Of a DNA stretch of 64,000 nt, positions 61,234 through 64,000 are shown in pieces. The notes below the pieces were generated by a model. The model was not told the DNA's origin and did no database searches. It saw nothing but the letters and a program-made list of their open reading frames with translations. Made by a program: the position numbers and the translations under genes. The DNA is taken from the NCBI GenBank assembly GCA_034521815.1, contig JAXHLW010000013.1, positions 1,536,001-1,600,000 of the forward strand, given 5' to 3'. Each line of letters opens with the position of its first letter. Positions within the stretch are counted from its first letter, which is position 1. The stretch comes from Trueperaceae bacterium (lineage in GTDB: Bacteria; Deinococcota; Deinococci; Deinococcales; Trueperaceae).

Positions 61234-62925
61234 TCACACCTCCACTTCGTGGTGCGCGATCTCCTCGCCGTCGCGGTTCAGGATGTGCACCGCGCAGGCG
61301 AGGCAAGGATCGAACGAGTGGATGGTGCGCACGACCTCGAGCGGCTGGGTGGGGTCGGCCATCGGCTGTCCGACCAGCGCGGACTCGTACGCGCCCCGCT
61401 GCTCGCGGCCGTCCTTCGGGCTGGCGTTCCAGGTCGAGGGAACGACCGCCTGGTAGTTCGAGACCGATCCGCCCTGAACGGTGAGCCAGTGGCTCAGGCT
61501 GCCGCGCGGCGCTTCCGCCATCGCCCAGCCGGGCCCGTCCTTGGCGTCGTAGCGGTTGAAGAACCGGTCGTCGCCGTTCGAGACGTTCGCGGTGAGGTTC
61601 CCGATCATGCTGGGCACGTAGTCGGAGACGATCTTCGTCTCGAGTCCGCGGGCCACGGTGCGGCCGACGGTGGAGTACCAGAACTCGAACGGAACCCCGA
61701 GCTGCGAGGTGTAGTCGTCCATGATCGTACGGACCGACTCGTTCCCGCCGGCGTAGGCGATCAGCATCCGCGCCAGCGGGCCGACCTCGACCGGCATGCC
61801 GTCGTAGCGCGGCGACTTGATCCAGGAGTAGCTGCCTTCGGTCTGAAGGGTGTTGTCGTCCGCGAAGCCGGTGTAGGCGGGGTTGGTCTGGCCGTCGAGC
61901 GGGTGGAGCGAGTCCTCGCCGCCTTCGTACGTGTACCAGGAGTGCGCGACCTCTTCGCCGATGAGCATCGGGTCGATCGTCCGCACCGTATCCAGGTCGC
62001 GGTCGACGATCAGTCCGGGCTGGAGGAAGAACGCGCGGTTCTCCCACGGGCGCTCGTCCAGCGAGATGGCGCCGAAGCTCATGTAGTTGCGCAGGCCGCC
62101 GCCTTCGCCGGCGAGCGCCTCTTCACGGTAGCGATCGCCGATCAGGGCCATGTCGGGCAGGTACGCCCGCTCGACGAAGTCGGCCGCCTTGGCCATGAGG
62201 AACTGGTACTCGGCGATCCGGTGCGCATCCAGGGCGTCGCGGGCGGAGGTGATGCCGCCGACGATCAGGCTCTGCGGGTGGGGGTTCTTGCCGCCGAAGA
62301 TCGCGCTGGCCTTGGCGCTGAGCCGCTGGATCGCCAGGTTGTCGAGGTAGTGCGAGGCGACGATCAGGTTCTCTTCCGGCGTGAGCCGGTACTTGGGGTG
62401 TCCCCAGTAACCGCCGGCGAACGGTCCGAGCTGGCCGCTCTGGACGAACGCGAGCAGCCGCTCGGCGACCGCGCGATAGTGGCTGACCGAGGCGTTGTAC
62501 GGCTTGTCGTGGTACTGCATCGCGACGTCGGTCGCGGCTTGCGGATCGGCGTCGAGCGCGCTGACGACGTCGAACCAGTCCATCGAGTGCAGCTGGTAGA
62601 AGTGCGTGGTGTGGTCGTTCACCAGCTGGGCGGCCCAGATCAGGTTGCGAAGCATCCGGGCGTTGGGGGGGATGGTGACGCCGTACGCGCTCTCGGTCGC
62701 CTCGACGCCGCGCTCGTAGTGGTGGTAGGTGCAGACGCCGCAGATGCGTTGCGCGAACAGGCCGACGTCCTTGGGATCGCGACCCCGCATGATGCTCTCG
62801 AAGCCGCGGAAGGCGGTGCTGCTGCTGGCGGCCTCCTCGACCGTGCCGGCGTCGCCGACCTCGATCTCGATGCGGAGATGCCCCTCGATGCGGGTAATGG
62901 GATCGATGACGTGTTTAGCGGCCAC
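61234..62925 (-). CDS. [NiFe]-hydrogenase large subunit (group 1, 1b-like)
   Basis: DPITRIEGH, AQRICGVCTYHH and HSFDPCLACAVH followed by a cleavable tail. Confidence 0.95.
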   Translation of the reverse strand: MAAKHVIDPITRIEGHLRIEIEVGDAGTVEEAASSSTAFRGFESIMRGRDPKDVGLFAQRICGVCTYHHYERGVEATESAYGVTIPPNARMLRNLIWAAQLVNDHTTHFYQLHSMDWFDVVSALDADPQAATDVAMQYHDKPYNASVSHYRAVAERLLAFVQSGQLGPFAGGYWGHPKYRLTPEENLIVASHYLDNLAIQRLSAKASAIFGGKNPHPQSLIVGGITSARDALDAHRIAEYQFLMAKAADFVERAYLPDMALIGDRYREEALAGEGGGLRNYMSFGAISLDERPWENRAFFLQPGLIVDRDLDTVRTIDPMLIGEEVAHSWYTYEGGEDSLHPLDGQTNPAYTGFADDNTLQTEGSYSWIKSPRYDGMPVEVGPLARMLIAYAGGNESVRTIMDDYTSQLGVPFEFWYSTVGRTVARGLETKIVSDYVPSMIGNLTANVSNGDDRFFNRYDAKDGPGWAMAEAPRGSLSHWLTVQGGSVSNYQAVVPSTWNASPKDGREQRGAYESALVGQPMADPTQPLEVVRTIHSFDPCLACAVHILNRDGEEIAHHEVEV

Positions 62926-62928
62926 GGT

Positions 62929-64000
62929 TCACTGCTCCTTCTGCTTGCCCTGGCGCTGCTCCTGGGCGGACTTGATGGCGGTGGCTCCAGCGTGAGCCGC
63001 GACGCCGACGGCGGCCGCTCCGAGCACGACCTTGCCGATGGTGTCGGCGTTGGCGTCGGTGCCGAACGGGGTCGAGTACACACGCCCGGCGAGGGGCTGC
63101 TCGAACGGGGTCATGGTGTCCCAGAAGCCGGGCTCGCTACAGCCGATGCAGCCGTGGCCGGCCATGATCGGCCAAGACGCGCCCTCGTTGAAGCGCACGA
63201 CGCCGCAGTTGTTGAACGCCATCGGGCCTTTGCAGCCGACCTTGTACAGGCAGAGGCCGTCCTTGAGACCTTCGATGTCGGTCCAGCCCTCGACGAACTC
63301 GCCGGCGTCGAAGTGGCCGCGGCGCTCGCACTTGTCGTGGATGCGATCGCTGTACGCCCAGAGCGGCCGGTTGAACGCGTCCAGCGACGGCAGCCTGCCG
63401 AACAACGCGTACTCGAGGATCGTTCCGGTCACGTTCGTGCTGGACACCGGGCAGCCGGGCAGGTTCACGACCGGCTTGGAAACGCCGCGCTGACCCAGGA
63501 AGTCGCCGACGCCCAGCGCCGTGGTGGGGTTGGGGCGCGCGGCGGGGATCCCGCCGTACGCGGCGCAGGTGCCGGCGTTGATCACGGCGGCCGCGTGCGT
63601 GGCGACGTGCTCCACGATCCGGGTTCCGGTATGGCCGTCGGGGCCGATGGTGAGGAAGTTACCGTCGTCGCCGATCGGGACGGAGCCTTCGAACACCGCG
63701 ATGTACTGTCCGTCGAAGCGCTCGATCGCCGCCTCGAGCACGGCGTCGGCCTGGTGGCCGGACGGGGCCATCAGCACCTCGGCGTACTCGAGACTGATCA
63801 GGTCGAGGATCAGCTCGTCCACGCCGGGGTTCGTGTTGCGGATGAGCGCCATGCTGTTCCCGGTGCACGACTGCAGCTCTTGCCAGATGACCGGGATGCG
63901 GGTCGCGACCTCTTGGGCGCGAGCGACGCGCAGGTCGAACATGGAGGGAAGGCCGAGGGTCGCGGTCGTGACGGCGGACATCTTGAGGAAGTCGCGGCGC
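62929..64000 (-). CDS. [NiFe]-hydrogenase small subunit with Tat signal and C-terminal anchor (5' end outside the window)
   Basis: RRDFLK at the window edge, CTGN, GTCA, PGCP, HDKCERR, CLYKVGCKGP, NC and GHGCIGC. Confidence 0.94.
   Translation of the reverse strand, partial: RRDFLKMSAVTTATLGLPSMFDLRVARAQEVATRIPVIWQELQSCTGNSMALIRNTNPGVDELILDLISLEYAEVLMAPSGHQADAVLEAAIERFDGQYIAVFEGSVPIGDDGNFLTIGPDGHTGTRIVEHVATHAAAVINAGTCAAYGGIPAARPNPTTALGVGDFLGQRGVSKPVVNLPGCPVSSTNVTGTILEYALFGRLPSLDAFNRPLWAYSDRIHDKCERRGHFDAGEFVEGWTDIEGLKDGLCLYKVGCKGPMAFNNCGVVRFNEGASWPIMAGHGCIGCSEPGFWDTMTPFEQPLAGRVYSTPFGTDANADTIGKVVLGAAAVGVAAHAGATAIKSAQEQRQGKQKEQ

Noticed and set aside
61234-64000. O2-tolerant (group 1d) or [NiFeSe] hydrogenase
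   Set aside because: No supernumerary cysteines (CTGN, GTCAAYGG), and the C-terminal motif is DPCLAC with no in-frame TGA.

Overview
High-GC bacterial chromosomal window with no rRNA, tRNA, CRISPR array or transposase that I can recognise. A Gfh1-like Gre factor, a c552-like cytochrome and many leaderless TANNNT promoters suggest Deinococcota, possibly Trueperaceae-like (inference). About 20 single-base frameshifts in otherwise intact genes suggest an unpolished long-read assembly. The left part (1-23 kb) holds a sugar ABC/SIS/PfkB operon, a PAS-GAF-HD-GYP phosphodiesterase between an intact and a deleted MBL-hydrolase paralog, vapBC, a sirtuin without Zn cysteines, an ExeM nuclease, efflux genes and a nitrilase. 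At 23-33 kb a SARP/BTAD-ATPase-TPR regulator lies beside DUF4242, two Ig-domain lipoproteins (one an astacin protease) and an FAD oxidase. Two of these genes share an identically spaced promoter/operator/RBS element. The right part (33-64 kb) looks like a low-oxygen respiration region. It carries sqr-DUF1641-tusE-dsrE-hemY, a CxC-tipped Gfh1-like factor, cytochrome c, a three-domain NirK, an orphan DUF692 (MNIO) enzyme and hemN-hemY. It ends in a group 1b-like [NiFe]-hydrogenase/hyp operon with a CxxN proximal motif, followed by an unknown BFD-like protein and an ADP-ribosylglycohydrolase. All family calls come from motif recognition by eye, not from database searches.
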